IMG/VR virus record: IMGVR_UViG_3300031159_000070
Location: 64,001 to 128,000 of that record
Origin: a virus
DNA length: 64,000 nt
Strand: one strand, 5' to 3'
Both the position numbers and the translations under genes were made by a program. The notes beneath the pieces are model-generated. The model worked only from the letters and a program-made list of their open reading frames with translations, searched no databases and was not told where the DNA came from. Below are positions 36,703 to 44,611 of this stretch, in pieces. Every line of letters begins with the position of its first letter. Position 1 is the stretch's first letter.

Positions 36703-36848
36703 GAATGCCCATCCCGGGTGCCAAAGCATAGGGTTCTAGTCTAGGAGCACTAGACCGCTCAGTCGAGCAACTATTCGGGCTTTCCACTGCCGACTTCTCG
36801 TCATAGTATTGATCTACGGAGACCGGTTATCGAATGTAGGTGTTCGCC

Positions 36849-37235
36849 ATGATTGATCGTCGCTCGTTTCTCACTGCAGGCGCTGCGCTTCTGCCGGCCT
36901 CCTGGCTCACTCCTGCACGTGGCGCTGAGACGCTCGCCGGCGAGCCGATCATCGGCACATATGCCATCACCCTGCCGCGCGACGGCGTTTACCGGGTGAT
37001 GGCGGACGGCATCTGGGCCAAAGATCCGACAGAGCTGTCGATGTTTCTGACGCGCGGCTCTGACATCAGCATGATCGCGGCTGCGGTTCGCGCGCCGCGG
37101 CCGGGCGAGGGCGGCGAGCTGGTGCTGGCGACGCGCATCGATGCCAAGGCACACGATCGCATCTCGATCGAGGTCTCGAGCGATACCAACTCGATGCCGC
37201 GGCTTGCCGCGATGCCTCTCATCTTCTACGCGTAA
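36849..37235 (+). CDS. Tat-signal exported protein
   Basis: MIDRRSFLTAGAALLPASWLTPARGAE; AGGTG RBS. Confidence 0.7.
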   Translation: MIDRRSFLTAGAALLPASWLTPARGAETLAGEPIIGTYAITLPRDGVYRVMADGIWAKDPTELSMFLTRGSDISMIAAAVRAPRPGEGGELVLATRIDAKAHDRISIEVSSDTNSMPRLAAMPLIFYA

Positions 37236-37251
37236 ATCTGTCTAGCGTCAC

Positions 37252-37280
37252 TTGACCTGAATCTGCGTCGGGCATAGCGT
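37252..37280 (+). promoter_or_regulatory. sigma70-type promoter
   Basis: TTGACC-17bp-TAGCGT with GTCTAG 6 bp upstream of the -35. Confidence 0.55.
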
Positions 37281-37301
37281 CACCTCTACAGGAGGTGGCG
37301 C

Positions 37302-37601
37302 ATGAATGCTTTGGAGCAACATCTAAAGCCCGATCAGCTGTTGCGGCTGCGATGTCTCGAGCTGGCGCTCAACAACCGGCACGCGTTCTCCGATGGAGAG
37401 CGACGATCGTTCACGGAATGGGCTGATCTCTTCCAGCAGTTCGTCATGACCGGCGTGCCCTTCACGGATAATCCGTGGATCACGGGGAACGTCACCCGCC
37501 AGCATGAAATCATGCAGAAGAACCCAGAGCTTGCCAGGAAGCTCATTGCCGAAGTGAGCGAGGCTCGCGGCGAAAACTCAGCACCAGCAACCCAGGAGTA
37601 G
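37302..37601 (+). CDS. small protein with a scaffold-like C-terminal motif
   Basis: AGGAGG RBS; NPWITGNVTRQHEIMQKNPELARKL. Confidence 0.75.
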   Translation: MNALEQHLKPDQLLRLRCLELALNNRHAFSDGERRSFTEWADLFQQFVMTGVPFTDNPWITGNVTRQHEIMQKNPELARKLIAEVSEARGENSAPATQE

Positions 37602-37605
37602 TGAC

Positions 37606-37830
37606 ATGCCTGTGCAGATTCGCATGGATCATACCGGTGACACCCGCTTTACGTTCGATGCTGCCGATGAGGCGGCTGTCGCCGAAGCCGAGGCCCGTTT
37701 CAAGGAGCTGACCGGAAAGGGCTTCCGCGCCGCAGCCTTGGGTGAGAGCGGTGAGCCTGGACGTCTGCTCAAGGAGTTCGATCCGACCGTCGAGCGCACG
37801 CTCTTCATTCCGGCTCTGCAGGGCGGCTAG
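37606..37830 (+). CDS. small protein ending in Gly-Gly
   Basis: 74 aa, MDHTGD...FDP...PALQGG; AGGAG RBS. Confidence 0.8.
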   Translation: MPVQIRMDHTGDTRFTFDAADEAAVAEAEARFKELTGKGFRAAALGESGEPGRLLKEFDPTVERTLFIPALQGG

Positions 37831-37912
37831 TCCATGTGGCCACCAGAGGGGATCAATGATCTCCAGTATCTGGAAAGGGAGATCGAGCGGGCCGCGACGC
37901 GATCTCCAGTAC

Positions 37913-38479
37913 ATGGGCATGCAGGTGGTCGTGGATGCTGCGGATCAGGCCGACAACACTGGCTTGATGGGCTTACGCATCGATCGGGCTCTTCTCGATC
38001 CTGTAGACAGCGATGTCGGGATCGGCCTCTGTGCTCCCAATTTCGAGGCGGAGCTGGCTGAACACGCGCGGCGTATCTCGCAGGCCGACGTCGTTATCGA
38101 CCGCTACAATGATTTCGGGGGCGACAAGAAGGCCAGCGAGAAGTCCATCAAGCTGCTCAAGGAAAACCTGACGCCCAAGCAGCTCGAAACCTATGAGAAA
38201 CATCGCTGGTTCGAGGTGAAGGGCGGCGACACCGGCCGGACCTACCGCATCTATCACCGCCGGCAAATGAACGTCTCGGTGCGCAACTGGCGCGGCAAGC
38301 ACAAACACGGGCTCTGCTTCCTGCCCACCGGCGGCCTCGCCATTGGAGATATCCTGCTCGGACAGAAGATCGCGCTCGAGCTCTACGAGCACGATGCCCT
38401 CAAGGTCGCCAACCGGTTCGATCATGACCCTGGCATTTGGGTCACGCCCTTCGAAACTTCTTTCGAAGAAGTGGTCTAG
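37913..38479 (+). CDS. putative partner of the GG protein (start uncertain)
   Basis: LLKENLTPKQ...FEVKGGDTGRTYRI...N...GLCFLP...GDILLGQKIALE...AN. Confidence 0.7.
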   Translation: MGMQVVVDAADQADNTGLMGLRIDRALLDPVDSDVGIGLCAPNFEAELAEHARRISQADVVIDRYNDFGGDKKASEKSIKLLKENLTPKQLETYEKHRWFEVKGGDTGRTYRIYHRRQMNVSVRNWRGKHKHGLCFLPTGGLAIGDILLGQKIALELYEHDALKVANRFDHDPGIWVTPFETSFEEVV

Positions 38480-38485
38480 TGACGC

Positions 38486-38514
38486 TTGACGTCTCCGCTG
38501 GCTGACCTTACACG
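38486..38514 (+). promoter_or_regulatory. sigma70-type promoter for the tRNA
   Basis: TTGACG-17bp-TACACG with GTCTAG 6 bp upstream of the -35. Confidence 0.5.
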
Positions 38515-38536
38515 TGATTCTGCCACGAGCGAGCGG

Positions 38537-38611
38537 TGTGGGGTGGAGCAGTGGTAGCTCGCTGGTCTCATACGCCAGAGGTCGTCGGTTCGAATCCGAC
38601 CCCCGCAACCA
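38537..38611 (+). tRNA. tRNA-Met(CAT), initiator-like scaffold, encoded CCA
   Basis: TGTGGGG/CCCCGCA acceptor stem, GAGC/GCTC D stem, CTGGT-CTCATAC-GCCAG anticodon arm, GTCGG-TTCGAAT-CCGAC T arm, ACCA end. Confidence 0.93.
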
Positions 38612-38704
38612 ATCGATCCCATCCGAGATAAAAGCCGCCGGGGATGGGAAAAAGGAAGTGGTGACAGCGCGCATCTCGCGCCAACACACGGAGGCTTGCC
38701 ATTC

Positions 38705-39139
38705 ATGTTCAAGAGCGCAGCATACCCCGATACTCCGCTCGATCACTCCAAATCGCGCGATTTCATGCGCACCAACCTCGGCCTTTCGCCAGTACAGGAT
38801 TCGCTCGAACTGAATGGCGAGGCGGCAACCGACGTCACGCTCGAAGCCTATCAGACGACGCTCGTCTCGGCAGACGCTGGCGCCCAATACAATCTGCCGG
38901 ATGGCGAATACGTTGGCCAGCGCAAGCTGCTGAAGGCCGATGTCTCCGACGCAGGAACATGCGTCGCTTCCGACGCGGCCAAGGCGAAATTGATCGTCAA
39001 TGGACTCCATGGCCAATCGGCAGCGAACGTCACTGCGCTCACCTTCGATGCCGATGGCGAACTCGCTCTCCTCGAGTGGACAGGCGCGAAATGGAATGTC
39101 GTCTACGCAACCGCTACGGTCACGGATGATTCGGTATAG
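38705..39139 (+). CDS. beta-rich virion decoration/fibre-like protein
   Basis: YNLPDGEYVGQRKLL...LTFDADGE..LLEWTGAKWNVV; GGAGG RBS. Confidence 0.6.
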   Translation: MFKSAAYPDTPLDHSKSRDFMRTNLGLSPVQDSLELNGEAATDVTLEAYQTTLVSADAGAQYNLPDGEYVGQRKLLKADVSDAGTCVASDAAKAKLIVNGLHGQSAANVTALTFDADGELALLEWTGAKWNVVYATATVTDDSV

Positions 39140-39159
39140 CGCGCGGCAAGACCAATTTG

Positions 39160-39190
39160 AACGGGCACCTTCGGGTGCCCGTTGTATTTT
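39160..39190 (+). terminator. UUCG-capped terminator hairpin
   Basis: AACGGGCACC-TTCG-GGTGCCCGTT followed by a T-rich tract. Confidence 0.75.
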
Positions 39191-39255
39191 GATTGCAAAT
39201 CAGCAACACCTTTGCACCTTTCAGAAAAAAATCTTGACAGGCGCATTTTTGCTGG

Positions 39256-39284
39256 TTGACGCAAGAGCCAATTTGGTCTAGCAC
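39256..39284 (+). promoter_or_regulatory. promoter of the sRNA
   Basis: TTGACG-17bp-TAGCAC. Confidence 0.65.
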
Positions 39285-39290
39285 CACGAT

Positions 39291-39386
39291 ACCATCGGCT
39301 CATTGCGAGCGATGAGCTATGGGCCCTCCTTGGGCGTTGTTTCCTCCCTAGACTTGGGCCGTTCGGAAATCCGGACGGCCTTTTTC
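39291..39386 (+). ncRNA. mmgR: alpha-r8/MmgR (Rfam suhB)-like small RNA
   Basis: CCCTCCTTGGGCGTTGTTTCCTCCCTAGACTTGGGCCG core, terminator GGCCGTTCGG-AAAT-CCGGACGGCC-TTTTT, 5' hairpin and its own promoter. Confidence 0.85.
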
Positions 39387-39513
39387 GTTGGGGGATCGTT
39401 CAGTACGGCGAAGGCGGGGTGCCTGCGCTTTGCGATTGTCCTGAGATGTGCTGCTCAATACGCCCACTCGATTTTGGAGTGCGGCAGGTCACGGCTTTCC
39501 GAAAAAGCAGCGC

Positions 39514-39750
39514 TCAGGGTCGTCGATCGATGCGGGACCATTTGGGCTCGTCGAGACCTCGCTCGACGCGCCGCATCTTCGTCTTTACCGCCGCAAACGA
39601 GCGGTGGTCTGAGGGTGAGCTCGGCGTAAAAACGATCGTCCTGTGCCGAGGATGCGTCAGCCTGTAATGCTGATTCTTGGTCTGCTCGATATCCCAGCCA
39701 CGCTTCTTCGCGTAGCTCAATAGCTCGCGGCGGTAGTGTGCGGGGTTCAT
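39514..39750 (-). CDS. HicA-like small protein
   Basis: ELLSYAKKRGWDIEQTKNQHYRLTHP...TPSSPSDHR; GAGGAG RBS. Confidence 0.65.
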   Translation of the reverse strand: MNPAHYRRELLSYAKKRGWDIEQTKNQHYRLTHPRHRTIVFTPSSPSDHRSFAAVKTKMRRVERGLDEPKWSRIDRRP

Positions 39751-39760
39751 GGGCGTCTCC

Positions 39761-40114
39761 TCAGGCGGCACGCTTGATGGAGACTTGCTGAAGCTGCCAC
39801 TGCAGAATGATCTTTTCGCGCAGCCACGCTCGAAAAAGAGCTTCATGCAGCGGTTTCGAGTAGGACCAGTGTCCATTCACTCCCATCTGTCGCGCGCGGC
39901 TGCAGGCGACCTCGAGCTTTAGGATAAGTGCTCGCGTATTGTGGATCGCGGCCTTGGCATCGACCAGGAGATGCGCGGCTGGATCAACGAGCATATTCGG
40001 ATCGTCAATGATCGGCGCCCATTTCGGAATGTCGCGACGATCATAACTGCCGATCTTCGCACGTAAATCAGCACAGCTTTGTTGCCAGGATTTGACGTCC
40101 TGCAGCTCGATCAT
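39761..40114 (-). CDS. hypothetical protein
   Basis: 117 aa, AAGGAG RBS. Confidence 0.65.
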   Translation of the reverse strand: MIELQDVKSWQQSCADLRAKIGSYDRRDIPKWAPIIDDPNMLVDPAAHLLVDAKAAIHNTRALILKLEVACSRARQMGVNGHWSYSKPLHEALFRAWLREKIILQWQLQQVSIKRAA

Positions 40115-40289
40115 GGTGGTCTCCTTGGGGCTCGCGTCCGGGTCGGGCAGGCGGTAGTCTCACGCCACTTGCCATCATGCGTCTAGTATAACTGGTCTTG
40201 ATGCCGTCCAGCAAGGATCAGTCCAGCTCTCCACAGCTGGGTCAGTCGGGCGCCGTTCGCCTTCGTCCGTAATCGATCAGAGTGCCGGG

Positions 40290-40385
40290 CCGGCGCGATG
40301 CCGGGTCGGATCACCTCAACTGCCAGCTTGTCTGCCGGCGCGATGCCGGTCGAGAGCCGAGGCCAACCGCGGGCGCGATGCCTGC
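40290..40385 (+). repeat. three GCGAT-loop hairpins in the scaffold leader
   Basis: CCGGC-GCGAT-GCCGG, GCCGGC-GCGAT-GCCGGT, GCGGGC-GCGAT-GCCTGC, the last abutting the GAGG RBS. Confidence 0.8.
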
Positions 40386-40398
40386 ATTGAGGATTGTG

Positions 40399-41271
40399 AT
40401 GTTCGACTTTCCACTGACCGTCAAATCAATCGACGAAGTTCCCGAAGAGTACCGCATCCTTTACGAGCTGAATGACGACGGCGAGGGCGCGACGCTCATC
40501 GCTAGTCTGAAGCAGCGCATAGAGGGTGTCGGTCCTGCCGGACAACGCGCTCTGCAGGAAGAGCGCAAGGCCCGGGCTGCTGCCGAAAAAGCCGCGAAGG
40601 CTTGGAAGGAGGCGGCCGGTGTCGAAACTCCGGAAGAGCTCACTGCCAAATTCGAGGAAATCGAATCCGAGTGGCAGCAGAAGCTCGAGGAAGCGCAGGC
40701 CACTAAAGGCGGCGACAAGGACGAAGATCTGAACAAGCGATTGCAGCAGGTCAGATCCGAAGTCGAGCGCGAGTGGAGCAAAAAGCTCGATCGGGAAATT
40801 GCCGAGCGCAAGAAGGCCGAGGAAGAGCGCGACCAGATGTTCAAAGACATGCAAAGGAACATGCTGGAGCGCGAAGCCATGGAGGCCATCGCAGCGCACA
40901 AGGGCAAGCCTACGCTGCTCAGGCGCGAGGTTATGGCCCAGCTCAAACTCGCCAAGACGGACGCCGGCTGGAAGGTCCGCGTCGTCGATGAAGATGGCGA
41001 TGAGCGCTACGACGGCGATGGAAAGCCGATGACGGTCCACAACCTCGTGGCACTGATGCGCCAGTCCGATGACTACGCGGCTGCTTTTGAGGGCGATGGC
41101 GCCACTGGAAGCGGTTCACGGTCGCCGGCCGGCGGCACGAAGATCTCCTCAAAAACCAACCCCTGGTCCAAAGCGACGTTCAACGCAACGGAGCAGGCCA
41201 AAATCCTGAAGTCGAATCCTCAGCTCGCCAAGCAACTGCAGGCGCAGGCTGAGGCCGAGGCTCGCAGGTAA
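40399..41271 (+). CDS. capsid scaffolding protein
   Basis: DEVPEEYRILY, RALQEERKAR, long coiled coil, GSGS linker, C-terminal NPWSKATFNATEQ; directly before the capsid gene. Confidence 0.88.
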   Translation: MFDFPLTVKSIDEVPEEYRILYELNDDGEGATLIASLKQRIEGVGPAGQRALQEERKARAAAEKAAKAWKEAAGVETPEELTAKFEEIESEWQQKLEEAQATKGGDKDEDLNKRLQQVRSEVEREWSKKLDREIAERKKAEEERDQMFKDMQRNMLEREAMEAIAAHKGKPTLLRREVMAQLKLAKTDAGWKVRVVDEDGDERYDGDGKPMTVHNLVALMRQSDDYAAAFEGDGATGSGSRSPAGGTKISSKTNPWSKATFNATEQAKILKSNPQLAKQLQAQAEAEARR

Positions 41272-41390
41272 GGCCACAGCTCACTTCCGAAGTTTCAAGA
41301 CCCCGTCTCTCGTGAGAGTGGCGGGGTCTCGTCGTTTCGGGAGCCGCGTCGGCGCGCTGAGGGCCACCAGCGAAAGAGGGCACCCCAGAA

Positions 41391-42356
41391 ATGACTGAGA
41401 CTCGCCTTGCAGACGTTATCGTTCCCGAGCATTTCAATCAGTATTCGATGCAACTTACCACCGAGTTGTCTCGATTCCGGCGCTCTGGGCTTGTGGTCGA
41501 CTTCTCCGCGGAGCTTGGCTCCCAGATGGGCGGCACGACCGTCAACATGCCGTACTTCAACGATCTGGAGGGTGACGACGACGTCGTCGACGACACCCAG
41601 GATCTCGAGCTCAACAAGATCACGACCGGGCAGGATGTTGCGGTCAAGCTGTACCGCGCCAAGGCTTTCGGTGCAACCGACCTGTCCGGCGATCTCGCCG
41701 GCGCCGATCCTGTCAAGGCGATCGCCACGCGCTTTGCCGAGTGGTGGATCCGCAAGGAGCAGGAGGTTCTGATCTCGGTCTGTCAGGGCGCGCTCGGTTC
41801 GGCGCTGATGACCGATAACGTCCTCGATATTTCAAACCTCGAGGGCGCTGCCGCAAACTTCGATCCCTACAGCTTCATCGATGCGCAGGCGCGTCTCGGT
41901 GACCACCAGGATCTTCTGTCTGGCATTGCCTGCCACAGCAAGACCTACACGGCCATGAAGAAGGCTGATCTCATCGAGGAGATCCGGCCGTCGGATGGCG
42001 GTGATCCCATTCCGACCTACATGGGCAAGGTCCTGATCGTCGATGACAAGATGCCTTATTCTGAGGGCGTCTATACGACCTTCATCTTCGGCCAGGGCGC
42101 CATCGGCTACGTCTCCGCAAGCCCGAAGGTTCCCGTCGAGGTCGGTCGCGAGCCTCTGAAGGGCGGTGGCCAGGACTATATCGTCCAGCGCCGCTTCTTC
42201 GTCATGCACCCGCGCGGCGTGCGCTGGTCTCCGCAGCCTGGCGTCCCGGCGAGAGCGACGCCCACCAACGCCGAGCTGGCCAATACGGCCAACTGGCAGC
42301 GCTGCTATGACCCGAAGAACATCCGGATCGTGATGTTCAAGCACAAGGTCGGCTAA
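41391..42356 (+). CDS. major capsid protein
   Basis: TRLADVIVPEHF, GGTTVNMPYFNDL, PTYMGKVLIVDD, MHPRG, PTNAELA..ANW. Confidence 0.93.
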   Translation: MTETRLADVIVPEHFNQYSMQLTTELSRFRRSGLVVDFSAELGSQMGGTTVNMPYFNDLEGDDDVVDDTQDLELNKITTGQDVAVKLYRAKAFGATDLSGDLAGADPVKAIATRFAEWWIRKEQEVLISVCQGALGSALMTDNVLDISNLEGAAANFDPYSFIDAQARLGDHQDLLSGIACHSKTYTAMKKADLIEEIRPSDGGDPIPTYMGKVLIVDDKMPYSEGVYTTFIFGQGAIGYVSASPKVPVEVGREPLKGGGQDYIVQRRFFVMHPRGVRWSPQPGVPARATPTNAELANTANWQRCYDPKNIRIVMFKHKVG

Positions 42357-42378
42357 GGCTGATCACCCGCGCACTTAC

Positions 42379-42417
42379 AAGCGGAAAGGCCGATCGGGAT
42401 TGCCGGCCTTTCCGCTT
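42379..42417 (+). terminator. hairpin after the capsid gene
   Basis: 14-bp stem AAGCGGAAAGGCCG/CGGCCTTTCCGCTT. Confidence 0.6.
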
Positions 42418-42452
42418 GCTCCTCCATAACGACAGCAAAGCCGAGCCTCCCC

Positions 42453-43082
42453 GTGGAATATGATCAACTTTCTGAGCTGATGGAGCGGCGTGCCCGCAAG
42501 CGGGCCAAGCGCCGCCGTGCTCAAATGCGCGCGGCCCAGGCGGCCGTATTGCGCGTGCGTGCCGTTTACGTCAATGCCTGCGACAACGGCTGGAAAAGCG
42601 ATGAAGCCCTGGCTCTGCAGCGCGCTTTTGTCGACGCCATGCAGATTGGCGATGAAGTGCATGCCGCGGCCATCGAACATCTGAGCCATCTGACCCCAGC
42701 CGAAGCCAACGCCGCCATCGACAAATACGAAGCGATCGTTGCAGCCCAGCATGCTGCCGAGCAGCAGGCCGATCCCGTTGTTGAGACCGCACCCTCTGCG
42801 GAAGAAATCGCAGAGCCGGAACCGAAGCATCCTGTTTCCCCAGAACCGGAGCCGGAAGCCCAGCCCGTTGCTACGGGTGCAGCGTTTGACGATGACGACG
42901 ATCCATTCACCGATTGGGTCGACAATCCCGAAGCGAACGCAATAGCCGAGACGGCGCTGGAGCCTGTCGTTGAAAGCCCGCCGGTAGAATCCACGACAGA
43001 AATCGAGACCGTGGCGAGTCCTGTCTCTGAGCCTGCGCCGGCGGTCGAGAAGCCGAGGCGTAGACGTCGCTCGCGCAATTGA
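42453..43082 (+). CDS. hypothetical protein (acidic, Pro-rich)
   Basis: 209-aa ORF between capsid and connector genes. Confidence 0.65.
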   Translation: MEYDQLSELMERRARKRAKRRRAQMRAAQAAVLRVRAVYVNACDNGWKSDEALALQRAFVDAMQIGDEVHAAAIEHLSHLTPAEANAAIDKYEAIVAAQHAAEQQADPVVETAPSAEEIAEPEPKHPVSPEPEPEAQPVATGAAFDDDDDPFTDWVDNPEANAIAETALEPVVESPPVESTTEIETVASPVSEPAPAVEKPRRRRRSRN

Positions 43083-43090
43083 GTCTCATC

Positions 43091-43528
43091 ATGGCCTACG
43101 CGACCCGGGAAGACATCGAAAGCCTTTACGGCCCTCAGCTCGTTTCCATCATCGCTGATCTCACCGAAGACGGTCAGCCCGAGGATGTCGCGGTCGAGCG
43201 AGCCCTCAACGAAGCCTCTTCCGAGATTGATACCTATCTCGCAGTCCAGTATCTGACGCCTATCAATCCTGCGCCGCCGATCCTCGTCCAGCTTTGCCGT
43301 GACATGGCGATCTATCGCCTGGCGCTGCAGTCGAGCGTGCGCACCACGGAAATGCGCACGCGATACGAGGACGCCATCAAGATGCTCGAACGCATCGCGG
43401 CCGGCAAGGCAAGCCTGCCGCCCGTTGACGGCGATCTCAACAGAGATGGCGAGGTCAACGAGGATGATGATGCGCTTGCTGAGGCGCTGAAGCGGCCTTA
43501 CATCCTGCGCACCGTTCGCAATGGGTAA
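43091..43528 (+). CDS. head-tail connector, Mu gp36/DUF1320
   Basis: MAYATREDI...ASSEIDTYL...DMAIYRL...RYEDAIKMLERIAAGK. Confidence 0.9.
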   Translation: MAYATREDIESLYGPQLVSIIADLTEDGQPEDVAVERALNEASSEIDTYLAVQYLTPINPAPPILVQLCRDMAIYRLALQSSVRTTEMRTRYEDAIKMLERIAAGKASLPPVDGDLNRDGEVNEDDDALAEALKRPYILRTVRNG

Positions 43529-43537
43529 GGGCTGCAG

Positions 43538-43960
43538 ATGATTGTCGTCCACACTCATGGTTTTGATCGGGCTGTTCTGCAGATCAACGAGTTCGCGGAA
43601 TTTGATCGCCGCGCTCTGCTTGCTGCTCTTGCAGAGACCGTGCGGAAGCAGACGATCCGTCGTTTTGCGACGAAGACAGCCCCGGGCGGCGGCAAGTGGG
43701 CCCCATTGAAGCCGTCATCCGTGCGCGGCCGGCGCACGCCTCGCGACATTCTGGTCGATACCGGGCGGCTCAGGAACTCGATCGCATCGAAGGTGTACGG
43801 CCACACCGCCGAGATCGGCACCAATGTCTTCTACGGCAAGTTCCACCAGTTCGGGACAAAGAAGATGGTGGCGCGGCCGTTCTTAGGAATTGACTCATCG
43901 GATGTCGCGGAGCTTCGGCGCGTGGCTGAAGCTTTCATCCGTGCTGCCACGGTCGCGTGA
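43538..43960 (+). CDS. virion morphogenesis protein (Mu gpG/P2 gpS-like)
   Basis: PGGGKWAPLK, LVDTGRLRNSI, GTNVFYGKFHQFG, ARPFLG. Confidence 0.9.
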   Translation: MIVVHTHGFDRAVLQINEFAEFDRRALLAALAETVRKQTIRRFATKTAPGGGKWAPLKPSSVRGRRTPRDILVDTGRLRNSIASKVYGHTAEIGTNVFYGKFHQFGTKKMVARPFLGIDSSDVAELRRVAEAFIRAATVA

Positions 43961-43969
43961 GGTCGCGCG

Positions 43970-44569
43970 ATGTCGTTTCGCCAATATCGCGACGCTGTCA
44001 TCGACGACATCCGCAAGGAGCTGGTGATCAATGTGAGCGAAGGTCTGACGGACAGGCCGTTTCTGCAAGTCGCTGCAGCGCCGCGCGTCGTTGACGAAGA
44101 CTGGCTCGAGCACGTGATCCGCAAGGTGCCGTCCGTTCACGTTGCCTTTATCGGGAGTGGGCGGCGTCTGGAACGCCTTGCCAACGGACAGCTCAGAGGC
44201 CCCTGGTCAATGGTGGCGCATGTTGTCGTCGGCACCAGACCGAAGGTCCCGGCAGAAACTCTGCTTCTCGACAAGCTCTACGAGTTCGCCATGTGGATCG
44301 AAGGCCGCACGTTCGGCTATCCGCTGGCGGCGCCGGCACAGGTCGTTGAGATCGAGAACCTGTGGAACCTGCAGGTTGACAAGGAAGGTTTTGCCATTGG
44401 CAGCGTCTCCTGGCAGCAGATGGTGACCTTCGGGCGGGACCTTGCGGCAGAGGCGTTTGCAGAAGGCGGGCCGGATTTTCCGGTGACCGCGCCGGCTGGT
44501 GGCCTGCCCTCAATGCGTGAGCTGTTTGTCCATCCCGACGGGTCCAGAGCCTGGCCCGAAGAAGATTAA
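43970..44569 (+). CDS. tail completion/terminator-like protein
   Basis: Position after gpG; ENLW...SVSWQQ. Confidence 0.65.
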   Translation: MSFRQYRDAVIDDIRKELVINVSEGLTDRPFLQVAAAPRVVDEDWLEHVIRKVPSVHVAFIGSGRRLERLANGQLRGPWSMVAHVVVGTRPKVPAETLLLDKLYEFAMWIEGRTFGYPLAAPAQVVEIENLWNLQVDKEGFAIGSVSWQQMVTFGRDLAAEAFAEGGPDFPVTAPAGGLPSMRELFVHPDGSRAWPEED

Positions 44570-44611
44570 GCCGCTTCGCTTTCATCCCTCTCGCCCCTGG
44601 AGATTGCACTG

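Noticed and set aside
38537-38611. tRNA as a prophage attachment site or boundary
   Set aside because: Phage genes continue on both sides; no integrase or duplicated tRNA 3' end was seen.
39303-39629. 108-aa ORF over the sRNA
   Set aside because: No RBS, crosses an intrinsic terminator and overlaps the HicA-like gene; the sRNA explains the region better.
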